Shown piece by piece: positions 13,602 through 27,299 of a DNA stretch of 64,000 bases (position 1 is its first letter; the number at the start of each line of letters is the position of its first letter). The stretch is taken from positions 19,840,001 to 19,904,000 of the forward strand of contig OX597823.1 of NCBI GenBank assembly GCA_951406725.2, in the 5' to 3' direction. The notes under the pieces were generated by a model. The model was not told where the DNA came from and did not search any database. It saw only the letters and a program-made list of their open reading frames with translations. The DNA comes from Octopus vulgaris (lineage: Eukaryota). The position numbers were made by a program, and so were the translations under genes.

Positions 13602-15447
13602 GTCTTATACCAACTCCCCCATGCAATTTCCTCCCACCCGGTGCAACCTGTCGGCTCCAGCACATCCCGCTTTCCTATATGTGCGTGTGTATGTGTGTGT
13701 GTGTGTGTGTACGTATGTATGTGCACATACGTGTACGTATGTGTACATATACATATATATACACATGTGCGTGTGTGTGTGTGTGTGTGGGTGTGTGTAT
13801 GTGCATATACGGTTCCCTGCATTTCCCCCTATATATACAAATTTTGTCTCCCATATATGACTTCTTTTCCCTAAATATTTCTTCTCCTACACCCATATCC
13901 TCCCTATGTAGTCTCTTTAATTCCCTATATCTATACCCTTTCACATTTCTAACTCAGATGTTGAACGCACACCGCCAAAATCCACTTCCCACCCTTCCAA
14001 TCTCCATCTCATGTTAAACTTTACAAAATTATATTTTAATCTTATTTTATTTTATTTTTATTTTTACTTTTATTTTTACTTTTATCCTACTTCCATTTAT
14101 TTTTATTTTTAATTTTATTTTTACTTTTATTCTACTTCCATTTATTCTCATTTTCATTTTCATCCCTTACCTTAACTCTTATAATTTTTATAATTCTTAT
14201 ACTTCATTTCTAACTATTACATTGTATTTCTTATTTTATACTGTATTTTTTATTTCTAATCTTTACCCTTACCCTCATTCTTACCCCTAACTTATCGCTT
14301 TACACCTCTATATATGTTTATTTACTTACCTATGGATCCATCTTTTGAATATACGAGCGTCCGCGTACGTGTGTATACGCATACATACATGTGCACGCGC
14401 GTATATGTACATGCATACTTCGATATCTTATAGCTATACCCATGTGCGCGTGTGTCTCTCTGTGTGTGTATATGGGTGTATATGTGCACGCACATACGGA
14501 CAGACAGCCGTGTGTGCGTGCGCATATTGACATGAGTACGGGATTCTTTACTTACGTTCTTTAATATCTTATACCTGGACCTAGAGGCGTGGGCATATAC
14601 GTGTGTGTATGTAGTGATGGGCGCGCGTATATACATGTGAGCGTGTACGCGCGTAATGTCCGTGTATATATGCGGATATTCTGGTGTATGTATGTGTGTG
14701 TACGCGCGTGCGTGTGGGTGCGTGTGTGTTTATGTACGTGTTTACATGCGAGTGCGTGTGTATGCTTATATGCTTGGAGGCGTATATGTACGCGTGTATG
14801 TGGGTGTATGTATCCATGATGATATGTATGTACTAGAAGTCCATTTAATTCAGGGAACCAGATTAAATGCTCATCAGCTCTGATTTACAACGCATTAAGT
14901 CCCCAGACGAAACTGTTGATTTACTGTTGATTTACTGACAATTCTACAACTAAATTTTATCAATCTCCTGACCACCATGCTTGGTCCGTAACCTCTATAC
15001 ATCCCTTATCTTTACATTCTTTTACACTTTTATCATGGTTTTATCAGATTTTTTTACTTTTATTTCTATTTCTATTTTTACTTTATAACCTTATGCCTTT
15101 ACATTTATTTACATTTCTTTATATTTCTTTATACCCCCTTTACATCTCCTTACAACTCTTTATATCTTTATCCTCTACATTTTTATATTATTCTATACTT
15201 ACACTTTTTTTACACATTTTTTATCCCTCGTCCCGAACTCTCGCCCCTCCATCTTCACCTCTATATATGTATTTATTTATTTACATTACCTCAACATCCA
15301 ATTTTCCTCATTCTACATTGAGCGAAGAAAGAGATGGACGCTTCAATTCTATGCTGCTGCCGCATTATGTCGTACGTGAATGAGAGGATTTGCATCCCCA
15401 ACCAAGAATTTTTGATGTAACACATGTCCTTGCGGAAGCTGTTGTGC

Positions 15448-15525
15448 GCGGCTGAAGAAGGCCACAGACATACATTATGCATTGTTATAAATCTGTCTAA
15501 TAAAGGCCCGAAACATATGTACCGC
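15448..15525 (+). ncRNA. Type I hammerhead ribozyme in the PLE 3' (pLTR) region
   Basis: GCGG-CTGAAGA-AGGCC...GGCCC-GAAA-CATATG-TA-CCGC: perfect 4-bp stem I, palindromic stem III, GUA triplet. Confidence 0.8.
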
Positions 15526-15563
15526 TGAATCCTTCGCATCATGTTTTTATTTTATTTTGATCA

Positions 15564-15990
<427 letters not shown>

Positions 15991-16001
15991 ATATATATAA
16001 A

Positions 16002-16050
16002 CTTACTTGGCAAAGGATGCGTGGCGTTCGATCATCTAATAATATAAATA

Positions 16051-16125
<75 letters not shown>

Positions 16126-16951
16126 TATATACATACATATATGTACATACCTACATCTATATGTATATATACATGCATATATGGGTACAGGACAAAAAAA
16201 AACGTTCAACACAATGAGAAACGAAAACATAAAAACAAAAACATGGAAACAAACTATTTTTTAAAACAACGAATGAACAGAGTACAAGACATACAACACA
16301 AGGAATATTCCCCTTCTTCAGTTGTCCCTGTTTCGTCTACTCCGCGGTTCGAAGGTAAGGACAAGACGCGACTTCGTTGAAACAGTCCTTCCCGCAAAGC
16401 AATTTAAATCAAATCTGGGATTTTTTGCGGAGGGGAAAAAGTGGTTACAAGAACAGGACAGTAAGAACAAAACCAGACAGTAAAAACAATAAAAGTAAAA
16501 ACAGTAAAAGACAGAACGGAGAGAATAACACAGTAAAAACAAACGATGAAAGTTGTTAAGCCAAGACGATGGAAAAATTATTTTGAACTTTTGAGGAGCC
16601 AGCTCATTATGAGAAAGATAGGATAAGTAGTCTTATCTTGGTGAAGATAGCAGTCGGAAAGATGGCTTCCCTCTGGTCACGTGTCAGTGACGAGAGAGTC
16701 GAGGAGGGGGAGGAGGAGTAAGTGAGGGGAAACAGTGAAGGGGAGTGGAAAAGAATAGGGAAGGATGGGAGAGAAAAACAAAAGGGATGAAGAACAAGAG
16801 TGAGAGAGAGGGGGATAGCAGAGTGCGCATCATAATTATTAAGATAAAAAAATTACTTGGAAAAGGATGCGTGGCGTTCGATCATATAATAATATAAATA
16901 ATATATAAATATATGCATATATACATACATATATGTAAATACCTACATCTA
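16002..16951 (-). mobile_element. Non-coding element with terminal direct redundancy (PLE pLTR-like)
   Basis: TTACTTGG(C/A)AAAGGATGCGTGGCGTTCGATCAT at both 16002 and ~16853; flanked by TA tracts; homologous to 5626-6070. Confidence 0.6.
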
Positions 16952-16953
16952 TT

Positions 16954-17029
<76 letters not shown>

Positions 17030-17123
17030 ATCCAAACAAGAAAGCACAAAAAAACACAACAACGCGAGGACGTGGAACAAATATAGTATTAATGGACGCT
17101 CAGGAAAGAAGGAAAGAAGGAGG

Positions 17124-17158
17124 GTTTAACGTTTCGAGCGGAGCTCTTCGTCGGAAAC
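17124..17158 (-). ncRNA. Minimal hammerhead-like motif (CCGACGA core) in a short repeat next to (TA)n
   Basis: Reverse complement: GTTT-CCGACGA-A-GAGC(TCC)GCTC-GAAA-CG-TT-AAAC. Homologues at 51853-51888 and, degenerate, ~6775-6803. Confidence 0.55.
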
Positions 17159-17391
17159 ATAGGAGAAGGGAAGACAGTGGGAAAAAAAATCACCAACGGT
17201 ACACACGGGGTCACAATTTGAAAGACCGGAAGGAAATGGGTGAAGAAAGATGTTTTCAAAGACAGGAGAGTAGTATTGTCAAAGACAGGAGAGTGGTAGA
17301 GGAGGAAGAATGTGTGTGTAAGTGTGGATATGTGCGTGCGCGGAGGTCTGCGTGTGCGTGTGTGTGTATGTGTGTATGTGTGCAATGATGA

Positions 17392-17429
<38 letters not shown>

Positions 17430-18019
17430 TGTGGTTGTGGCTGTAAACAAAGCGTGTTTGTAGGGCTAGTAGTGTGAAGGTTCTTTCAGTTTCCATCTAC
17501 CAAATCCACTCACAAGGCTTTGGTCATCCCGAGGCTATAGCAGAAGACACTTGCCCAAGCTGGCCAATGCAGTGGGACTGAACCCGGGACCATGTCGCTG
17601 GGAAGGCAACTTCTTACCACGCACCCACGCCTGTGCCTCCACACAGTCACACGTGTGGCTTTGTGTTTGACCTAACACCGCTTGACAACCGCTGTTGGTA
17701 TGTTTACGTTCCCGTAACCTTGTGGTTCGGCAAAAGAGACAGTTAAATTAAATACCGGACCTAAAAAAAGATTACTAGGGTCGACTAAAACTCTTCCAAG
17801 GCTGCTCCCCAGCAGGGCCGCAGTCTAAAGATTGAAACTAGGTAAAAGAAAAAAAGAAAGATTATGTGTGTGTGTGTGTGTGTGTGTGTGCATTTGCCCA
17901 TATGTACGTACATGTACACATATTTACACATATTTATATCCAAGTATGTTTTCAATGTATATGTGTAGGTATATATATGGGTACAGACAGACACACACAC
18001 ATATGTGTAGAGTAAGGAA

Positions 18020-18940
18020 GAGACAGAGAGAGAGGGAGAGGGAGAGAGAGGAAGACAAAGAGGGAGAGAGGGAGAGAGGGAGAGAGGGAGACAAAAAGAG
18101 AGAGGGAGAGAAAGGGAGCGTGAAGCTGAAGGTGTAAGGGTATCCAGAAAATGTAAAATGTAGGGTGGTAGTGACATGTGTTTATGAGAAAGGAGGTGTG
18201 GGAAAATGCCAAGTGAGGAGAAAAATGGCTGAGAGAGAGAAAGGGGAAACGAGAAGAGAGAGATCGAGAGAGAAAGAAAGAAAGAGGAATAGAGAGAGGA
18301 AGAAAGAGAGAGAAAAATAGAGAGAGGAAAAGAGAGAGAAATAAAGAAAGAGGAATAGAGAGGAAGAAAGAGAGAGGTAAAGACGAATAGAGATAGGAAG
18401 GAAGAGAGAGAGAGTAAGAGGAATAGAGAGAGGAAGGAAGAGAGAGAAAGAGGAATAGAGAGAGGAAAAGAGAGAAAGAAAGAAAGAGGAATAGAGAGGA
18501 AGAAAGAGAGAGAAAGAGTAATAGAGGAAGAGAGACAGAAAGTGAGAGTGAGAGATAGATAGATAGAGAGAGAGAGAGAGTATGTGTGAGAGAGAGAGTG
18601 AGAGAGAGAAAGAGAGAAATGAAAAGGGATGAGAGGGAGAAAGGGGGAAACGAGAAGAGAGAGAGAGAGTAAGAGGAATAGAGAGAGGAAGGAAGAGAGA
18701 GAAAGAGGAATAGAGAGAGGAAAAGAGAGAAAGAAAGAAAGAGGAATAGAGGGAGGAAGAAAGAGAGAGAGAAAGACGAATAGAGAGAGGAAAATATAGA
18801 GAAAGAGAGAGAAAGAGTAATAGAGGAAGAGAGACAGAAAGTGAGAGATAGATAGATAGATAGATAGAGTGAGTGAGAGAAAGAGAGAGAGAGAGTGAGA
18901 GAGAGAAAGAGAGAAATGAAAAGGGATGAGAGTGAAAGGA
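18020..18940. repeat. Polypurine (AG-rich) tract with higher-order duplication
   Basis: GAGGAATAGAGAGAGG units; block ~18230-18635 recurs at ~18636-18932. Confidence 0.9.
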
Positions 18941-19117
18941 AGAGGTAGCAGGTGGATGTTTGTTTTTCTACCCTTTCTTTCTATTCAAGGACGCCATTGT
19001 ATTGTTTTACATGAGAATTAGATAAGGGAAACAGTACACATCCACTATTAGAATTACACGACGACAACGACGACGACGACGACCACCACCACCACCACCA
19101 CCACCACCGCCACCACC

Positions 19118-19865
19118 AGAAACGTTAGCACGCCGGGCGAAATGCGTAGCCGTATTACGTCTGCCGTTACGTTCTGAGTTCAAATTCCGCCGAGGTCGAC
19201 TTTGCCTTTCATCCTTTCGGGGTCGATAAATTAAGTACCAGTTACGGACTGGGGTCGATATAATCGACTTAATCCGTTTGTCTGTCCTTGTTTGTCCCCT
19301 CTGTGTTTAGCCCCTTGCGGGCAATAAAGAAATAGGTATTTCGTCTGTCTTTATGTTCTGTGTTCAAATTACGCCGAGGTCGACTTTGCCTTTCATCCTT
19401 TCGGGGTCGATGAATTAAGTACCAGTTACGGACTGGGGTCGATATAATCGTCACAATCCGTTTCTCTGTCCTTGTTTGTCCCCTCTGTGTTTAGCCCCTT
19501 GCGGGCAATAAAGAAATAGGTATTTCGTCTGTCTTTACGTTCTGTGTTCAAATTATGCCGAGGTCGACTTTGCCTTTCATCCTTTCGGGGTCGATAAATT
19601 AAGTACCAGTTACGGACTGGGGTCGATATAATCGACTTAATCCGTTTGTCTGTCCTTGTTTGTCTCCTCTGTGTTTAGCCCCTTGTGGGTAGTAAAGAAA
19701 TAAGTGTTTCATCTGGCATTACGATCTGAGTTCAAATTCCGCCGAGAACGATTTTGCCTTCGTCCTTTTGGGGTCGATAAGTTAAGTACCAGTTGCGTAC
19801 TGGTTAGATCTTATCGAATGGCCCCCTCCACCAAAATTTTGAGTCTTGTGTCTAAAGTAGAAAAG
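19118..19865 (+). mobile_element. SINE family A tandem multimer (period about 181 bp)
   Basis: Three near-identical body units plus one diverged unit. Confidence 0.85.
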
Positions 19866-19961
<96 letters not shown>

Positions 19962-20005
19962 GTTGTTGTTGTTATTAGTATTATTATTATTATTATTATT
20001 ATTAA

Positions 20006-20066
<61 letters not shown>
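19866..20066. repeat. (ATT)n microsatellite
   Basis: Direct inspection. Confidence 0.97.
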
Positions 20067-20068
<2 letters not shown>

Positions 20069-20282
20069 GGTGGCGAGCTGGCAGAATCGTTAGCACGCTG
20101 GGCGAAATGCTTTGTGGTGTTTCACCTGTCTTTACGTTCTGAATTCAAATTTCGCCGAGGTCGACTTTGCCTTTCATCCTTTCGGGGTCGATAAATTAAG
20201 TACCAGTTACGTACTGGGGTCGATCTAATCGACTGCCCCCCCTCCTCCAAAATTTCGGGCCTTGTGCCTAGATTAGAAAAGA
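20067..20282 (+). mobile_element. SINE family A (alternative tail), followed by a diverged copy at ~20318-20520
   Basis: GGTGGCGAGCTGGCAGAATCGTTAG head and shared body. Confidence 0.8.
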
Positions 20283-20634
20283 ATAAATTTTAATATTATT
20301 TGAAGAAAATGCGGCGTTCAGGCAGAATCATTAGCACGACGGACAAAATGCTTAACGGCATTTCGTCCGCATTTTCGTTCTGAGTTCAAATCCCGCCGGG
20401 GTCGACTTTGTCTTTCATCATTTTGGGGTCGATAAAATGAGTAACAGTTGGACACTGGGGGCGCTTTAATTGGTTTAACCGCTACTCCCAAATTGCTAAC
20501 CTTGAGCCAAAATTTGAAGCCAATACTATTTCAAGGAAAGAATTGTCTCCCTTGCAGTTTTTGATAAGAATTAATCATTTAATGGGCTTTTTCTTTCTTG
20601 TTACTGCGGGCGTAATTATAATTTTAAAAAAATC

Positions 20635-21075
20635 TTTCGTTTGTTTCGGTCATTGGACAGCAGCCCCACCTTGAAGGATCTTAGTCGAACAAATCAACTC
20701 CAGCACATATTTTTTTAGTTTGGTTTCTATTCTATCGGTTTTGTTTTCCCAAACCGCTAAGTAGCGGGGACATAACCAAACCAACTCCGGTTGTCAAGCG
20801 GCGGTGGACGCCGAACAAAAACACAAACATGCACATGCCCCACACCTCCACCCACACGCACTTATATACACATACACACACACACATACACGTACACACA
20901 CGCTGACACAACCACACATACATACGACAAGTTTCCGCACAGTTTCCATCATCCAAATTCACTCACAAGGCACTAGTTTGCTCGGGGTAAGAAGAAAAGA
21001 TACTTAACCTAGAACTGAACTCAAAACCGCGTGGTTGAGAAGCAAGCTTCTGAACCGCACAACCTTGCTTGCACT
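20635..21075 (-). mobile_element. Diverged SINE family C
   Basis: Similar to 31403-31829. Confidence 0.65.
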
Positions 21076-21449
21076 TTTTTATGGCTTACCACATCATATC
21101 AGCACCCATTAAATTAAGGGCAATAAACTATTGGCTAGAAGTGAGTCATGTTCGGGATTTCAATAACTAGTCATAAGTCGTGAGTTGAAGTTTTGTTCTG
21201 GTGTTTTATAATATTTCTGGACGAAGCACTCTGTTCTATATTGTCCTAGTTTATTTAGATTTTAAAAAGCGGAATCAGATTAATGTCATAACTATTCACC
21301 GTAGACCAACGATCAAAACACATTCTCCAATCTAAAATTATACTGTAAGGAGTGTGGTATCATTTAGGAAGCTTTTATGTGGCCGCTCGATTTACTAGAT
21401 ATTGCAGCCAGATATCCTATAAATCATGCCCTACTTTTTAAAGAAAAAT

Positions 21450-21546
<97 letters not shown>

Positions 21547-21746
21547 CGAAGCATATAGGAATGTAATCCTAGACATATCCCCATCTCGTCACTAAAAGTC
21601 GGAATGTTCAGGGCTGGAATGGCTCGATCAAGGTTGATCTGGAGCTTCAAAACGCAACAACAACAACAACAACAACAACAATGGCAGCAAAACCATGTCA
21701 AAACTACAACAGCAGTAGCAGCAACAGCAGCAGCAGCATCAGCAGC

Positions 21747-21787
<41 letters not shown>

Positions 21788-22310
21788 GATAATTTGTTTC
21801 GGCTTTAACCGAATCTATCTTCCAGCGCCCTCTCACGGTTCAAAGTAGTAATGATCCCTAACACAAGTGCAAGGTAACAATTTCCGCTACATTTTGTTTG
21901 CATATGTGTCTGAAAGATTAAAGCGCTTAAACTGGTACCAATTCATTACTGGTATTTAGTTTACCGACCAATGACTTGAAGAGAGGCAAAATCGAACATA
22001 GTGGCTTTTGAATTCAGGAACCAAAGGTAGATACATAGTGGCTTTTGAATTAAGGTTTTGCCGATAACTGGTACTAACAGTTTTTGTCAACCAGACTGAA
22101 CTCAGGGAGAACTGCCATGGTTAAACAATCAACCATTCTTTGTATAACGACCCCACGTTATATGTTGCAGATGATAGCTACAAGAAACACTGCTACAGTT
22201 AGCATAAATTCACCAGTGAAACTGATATGAGATTCATGTTAGAAAAATGTGAAAAGCAATTTTACGAACACTTATGTCATTTTACATAAAGAAGCAGAGA
22301 CAAAAATATT

Positions 22311-22712
22311 CTTTTCTACTCTAGGCACAAGGTCCGAAACTTTTGGGGAGGGGCCAGTCGATTAGATCGGCCCCAGTACGCAGCTGGTACTTAATTTATC
22401 GACCCTGAAAGGATGTAAGCAAAGTCGATCTCGGCGGAATTTGAACTCAGAACGTAAAGACAGACGAAATACCGCTAAGTATTTCACCCAATGTGCTAAC
22501 GTTTCTTATTTCTTTATTGCCCACAAGGGCAAACAAAGGGATTAAGTCGATTACATCGACCCCAGTGCGTAATTGGTACTTAATTTATCGACGCCGAAAG
22601 GATGAAAGGCAAAGTCGACCTCGGCGGAATTTGAACTCAGAACGTAACGATAGACGAAATACGGCTACGCATTTCACCTGGCGTGCTAACGTTTCTGCCA
22701 GCTCGCCGCCTT
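22311..22712 (-). mobile_element. SINE family A dimer with 15-bp TSD, inserted in a degraded PLE GIY-YIG-like relic
   Basis: AGAGACAAAAATATT (22296-22310) and AGAAACAAAAATATT (22713-22727) flank the insert. Confidence 0.85.
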
Positions 22713-23324
22713 AGAAACAAAAATATTGGACCAAACATGGATTTTAAATACTTTTAAGAATAAAGGAATTAGATACAATATAAAACGCATACATGAAAGA
22801 AAATGTAAGTTTAGACTGAAAACAAAGTTAAATGCATAAAATAAAGTATTAATTATCCATACTCTATCTGTCAGCAGTAATAAGTTAAAGGGATATTATT
22901 CTCAATTGGGCGATAAATAAATTAGCAAAACTAGACAAAAAAAAAACAAGAAAAAGAGAAAAATAATGACTGTTTTAAAATACACCACCCAAAATCTGAC
23001 ATATTTACCACAAATACAAATAGGTAAGGCCTTAATGTGATTAGAAAACTGTTATCAAATATCCACTGTTGGACTATAAAAATATCTTGTAAACACGTAA
23101 ATAAGAATAGAAAAGTAACGTCTAGAAAACACTAACATAAAAATATTTTCTGTCTTTAAGGAAGCCAACAAATGTAAAACAGATGCTAAGTGAAACAACT
23201 AATCAAAGTTAAAACTGTGACTAGAGAATGTCGTACTAAAGCCATGGTATTCCACCCACAACAGCATGACCAATATTTATGAAAAAATAAATGAGTAGTG
23301 TGGAAACATATAGAAAACATATAT

Positions 23325-23810
23325 TTGTTGTGCAAGATTTTTTATGTGAAATCGTGTGTTGAAACAGATATTGTTGTATTTCGGAATGGTCATTTTGCCA
23401 GTTTAGTCAATGAAAACACACGCACTATATATTTGGTGTTACTTTGCTTCAGCGTTATTTATTTTTTACATTAAACTTAATCTTATTTCGGCCAGAGTTC
23501 TTTCGTCACACACACACACGAACTAAACTAAACATAGAAACACATAGAGATATACGCATGCGCAAAGAAGACACATACAATAGAAATACAAAATGGCTGA
23601 CGGTTAGTAAGGAGAGACACACAAATAAGAAAGAAGAAAGCAAAGGACCACTGATGCGGTCACAGGAGTGTGACGGAAGAACTCTGGCCGAAATAAGATT
23701 AAGTTTAATGTAAAAAATAAATAACGCCGAAGCAAAGTAACAACAAATATATAGTGCGTGTGTTTTTATTGGCTAAACTGGCAAAATGACCATTCCTAGA
23801 TACAACAATA
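23325..23810. mobile_element. MITE with inverted arms of about 145 bp
   Basis: 23367-23511 is the reverse complement of 23667-23810; a related shorter copy lies at ~27095-27200. Confidence 0.8.
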
Positions 23811-24243
23811 TAGAAAACATATATAGAAAATAATTGCGACCTTGGTTGAGAGGCGCAGGCCCCACAACAGAAACTGCAAATATCTTGACTGTAGCACTGA
23901 ATCATTATTTTACCACAAGAAGTTATCATAAGCGTGTAATGGAGCAGAAAGAAAAACAGCTATGAGAAAATGATCGAAATATAAAGATCTAGAAATAGGA
24001 ATGAACAGAATATGGAAACTGAAAATAGAAGCAATTCCTATAATAATGCATAGCTTTGGAATAATTAGAAACCACGTAAACAAAACACAAAATTACAAAT
24101 ATGAACAACATACAGAGAATGGTATGTCTGAGCATTGCATTTGTATTAAAAGAATACAAAACTAACACAAGACACCCGAGTTCCCCAACACGCGCGGATC
24201 TGTTCTCAGTAAGGCAGTGAAAGTGCAGAAAAATATAACTTGA

Positions 24244-24620
24244 CACTCTGTCGGTTACGATGACAACGATTTCAGTTGATCCATTCAACAGAACAGCCTG
24301 CTCGAGAAATTAACGTTCAAGTGGCTGAGCACTCTACAGGAACGTGTGCCCTTAATGTAGTTCTCGGGGAGATTCAGCATGACGCAGAGTGTGACAAGGT
24401 TGGCCCTTTGAAATACAGGTATAACAGAAACAGGAAGAAAGAGTGAGAGAAAATTGTGGTGGAAGAGTACAGCAAGGTTCGCCAACAGCCCCTGCTGGAG
24501 CCTCGTGGAGCTTTTAGGCGTTTTTGCTCAACAAACACTCACAACGCCCGTTCTGGGAATCGAAACTGCGATCCTATGACCGCGAGTCCGCTGCCCTAAC
24601 CACTGGGCCATTGCGCCTCC
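24244..24620 (-). mobile_element. tRNA-derived SINE family B
   Basis: Head (reverse complement) GGAGGCGCAATGGCCCAGTGGTTAGGGCAGC...GGTTTCGATTCC, tail ...GTAACCGAC(A/G)GAGTG; about 9 copies in the window. Confidence 0.85.
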
Positions 24621-24773
24621 ACGCAGAAAAATAAACTCGGAGCATCTCAAGACAATAACATTACTTATTATTATTGGAGTACTTGGAACGATATCAAAAG
24701 GAGCAAACAAATATATCGATCAAATTCCAGGCAGCCTCAAAACAAGTGAATTGCCAAAGATCATATTTATAAG

Positions 24774-25044
24774 CAGTGGCGGACTGGTCAGGTTGCCAGC
24801 TTACCCAATGGCAAGTGGACCCCTACACAATTAGAATCCACATATGGGGACTCATGTTAATATCTAGGTTCGAGAATTTTCTATTCACTCCTGGAAGAAT
24901 GCATTAATTATTTCAGCCTGGCTGTGTTTGTAGACAGTTGAAAAGAATACTTTTAATAAAAAAAAAAAAAAGATAATAGCATTGTAGTTGAGGGTGGGCT
25001 CCTTAGTCTCCTAGCAACCAATACTTTTAGACCCAGTCCGCCAC
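24774..25044. mobile_element. hAT-like MITE inserted in an R4/Dong LINE 3' relic
   Basis: TIRs CAGTGGCGGACTGG and CCAGTCCGCCAC. It interrupts the relic IIGVLGTISKG...ELPKIIF. Confidence 0.65.
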
Positions 25045-25278
25045 GCATACTTTGTGCAAATTCTTCTCCATGTCAATGCGATTGTAGTCATTCAGTGTTA
25101 TTATAAATTTTATAAAGTTTTTTTTTGCACATAACAGTTTTTTTTTAATTGCATGGCACCCCACCTGTTAGCAGCTTTAAATGCAAAATCGTGTTAACTC
25201 TTTGAGACTTGGGTGCTGCTAGTATAAATTAAATCAATCAATCAATAATAATAATGATTTATACTACTACAACTACAT

Positions 25279-25331
<53 letters not shown>

Positions 25332-25354
25332 ATAATAATAATAATAATAATAAT

Positions 25355-25583
25355 CTTTTCTACTGAAGGCACAAGGCCTTGAAATTTTGGTGGGAGGAGG
25401 CTAGTCAATTACATCGACCCCAGTGTTTCGCTGGTACTTAATTTATCGACCTCGAAAGGATGAAAGAATGAAAGGATGAAAGGCAAAGTCGACCTCGGCG
25501 GAATTTGAACTCAGAACGTAGAGACGGATGAAATACCGCAAACATTTCACCCGGCTAGCTAACGATTCTGCCAGCTCGCCGCC
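25355..25583 (-). mobile_element. SINE family A between (AAT)n tracts
   Basis: Shared head and body. Confidence 0.8.
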
Positions 25584-25595
25584 CTAATGATGATG

Positions 25596-25656
<61 letters not shown>

Positions 25657-25671
25657 CAACAACAACTATAA

Positions 25672-25840
25672 CAATACAGAAAATAGCACTACAAGGTATC
25701 GCACACATCCTACGTAAAACACTTTCAATACATTGAAAATAAGAGTGCCACAACAAACCATAGCACATACCCAAGGCACACAGAGATGCACTCGGTAGTG
25801 CAGTGAAAGCACATGATTAAAATAAGACTACTGAACAATA
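25672..25840 (+). mobile_element. 3' end of R4/Dong-type LINE followed by (AAT)n
   Basis: IQKIALQGIAHILRKTLS, the typical C-terminus of the RLE domain, then a short 3' UTR and AAT repeats. Confidence 0.7.
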
Positions 25841-25914
25841 ATACTACTACTACTACTAATAATAATAATGATGATGATAATAATAATAATAATGATGATG
25901 ATAATAATAATGAT

Positions 25915-25991
<77 letters not shown>

Positions 25992-25995
<4 letters not shown>

Positions 25996-26394
25996 CTTTT
26001 ACTTGTTTCAGTCATTTGACTGCGGCCATGTTGGAGCACCGCCTTTAGTCGAGCAAATCGACCCCGGGACTTATTCTTTGTAAGCCCAGTACTTATTCTA
26101 TCGGTCTCTTTTGCCGAACCGCTAAGTGACGGGGACGTAAACACACCAGCATCGGTTGTCAAGCAATGCTAGGGAGACAAACACAGACACACAAACACAC
26201 ACACACATACATACAAATATATATATATACATATATACGACAGGCTTCTTTCAGTTTCCGTCTACCAAATCCACTCACAAGGCTTTGGTCGCCTAACGCT
26301 ATAGTAGAAGTCACTTGTCCAAGGGGCCACGCAGTGGGATTGAACCCGGAACCATGCGGTTGGTTAGCAAGCTACTTACCACACATCCACTCCT
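25992..26394 (-). mobile_element. tRNA-derived SINE family C (CORE-like, internal CA/TA microsatellite)
   Basis: Head (reverse complement) GGAGTGG...TGTGGTAAGTAGCTTGC...GGGTTCAATCCC, tail GACTGAAACAAGTAAAAGAGTA. Confidence 0.85.
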
Positions 26395-26455
26395 AATAAT
26401 AATAATAATAATAATAATGATGATGATTTATGATAATAATAATAATAAAACATCG

Positions 26456-26990
26456 AAAGAGGCAATACGGTAGACAATTACAGGCCGATATCCTGTTTGC
26501 CACTTATGTGGAAGTTATTGACTGGAATATTCGCAAAGTCGATGTACGAACATCTGGAAAAAAATGGAGTCCTGCCCCATGAGCAGAAAGGTTGCAAGCG
26601 TAAGTGCAGAGGTACATATTATTGTAGCAAGGCGACGAGATATGACTGTAGGGGGGAAATCCAAGAAAAAACATTATCAGCATATAAACTTTGCGGTACC
26701 ATAATGGCAATAGAGTGGATACGAAGGAAATAGAGAAAGCTGAGAAATATCTGAATCTAGCGTGAGAGATGAAGAGATTATGGAAGACAAAGGCAATAAT
26801 TGTCCCTATGGTAACTGGTGCACTTAGCACAACACCAAAACTTCTACCAAAGAAGCTGAAACACTTTGGAGTTGAGATTCGCAATCTCGACTTGCAGAAA
26901 GGTGCAATCCCGTATTCTGCAAGAATCTTAAGAAAGGTTCTTAAGATTTGATGAGTTTTGTTGTCACTTACTCTCAAGACAATATCCCTG
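26456..26990 (+). mobile_element. R4/Dong-clade (RLE) non-LTR retrotransposon relic, internally deleted
   Basis: [19 protein letters not shown]...[14 protein letters not shown] (RT N-terminal part) joined to EKAEKYLNLA*EMKRLW...IVPMVTGALS...LQKGAIPYSARILRKVL (RLE C-terminus); preceded by (AAT)n. Confidence 0.85.
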
Positions 26991-27299
26991 CTAATTAAAA
27001 TAGCGTGTAATAACTTTATAATAATTAACATGGCTGGATTTTGGAAGCGGAATCTTTCTATTACGTTTATGAATGTGTTTTGCTAGATTCCTGATGTGAA
27101 GTCGTGTGTTGTAATAGATATTGTTGTATATCGGGATGGTCATTTATTTTCTTCTTTTGCAAAGAGAAAAAAAAAATTACCATCCTGAAATACAACAAAA
27201 TCGTTCTATTTATGTCACTTTAATATTCGTGGTGAGCGTCATATCGATGACTTTGATATTGCGAAAAACAAGCGTTGGTTGGGGATGAACGAAAAAAGA

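Noticed and set aside
14828-14945. Second hammerhead in the PLE 3' region (CTAGAAGTC...GACGAAAC)
   Set aside because: The core lacks CUGANGA and stems I and III cannot be formed convincingly
19118-19700. CRISPR-like regularly spaced repeats
   Set aside because: Whole ~181-bp units repeat with no unique spacers; eukaryotic SINE multimer, no cas genes
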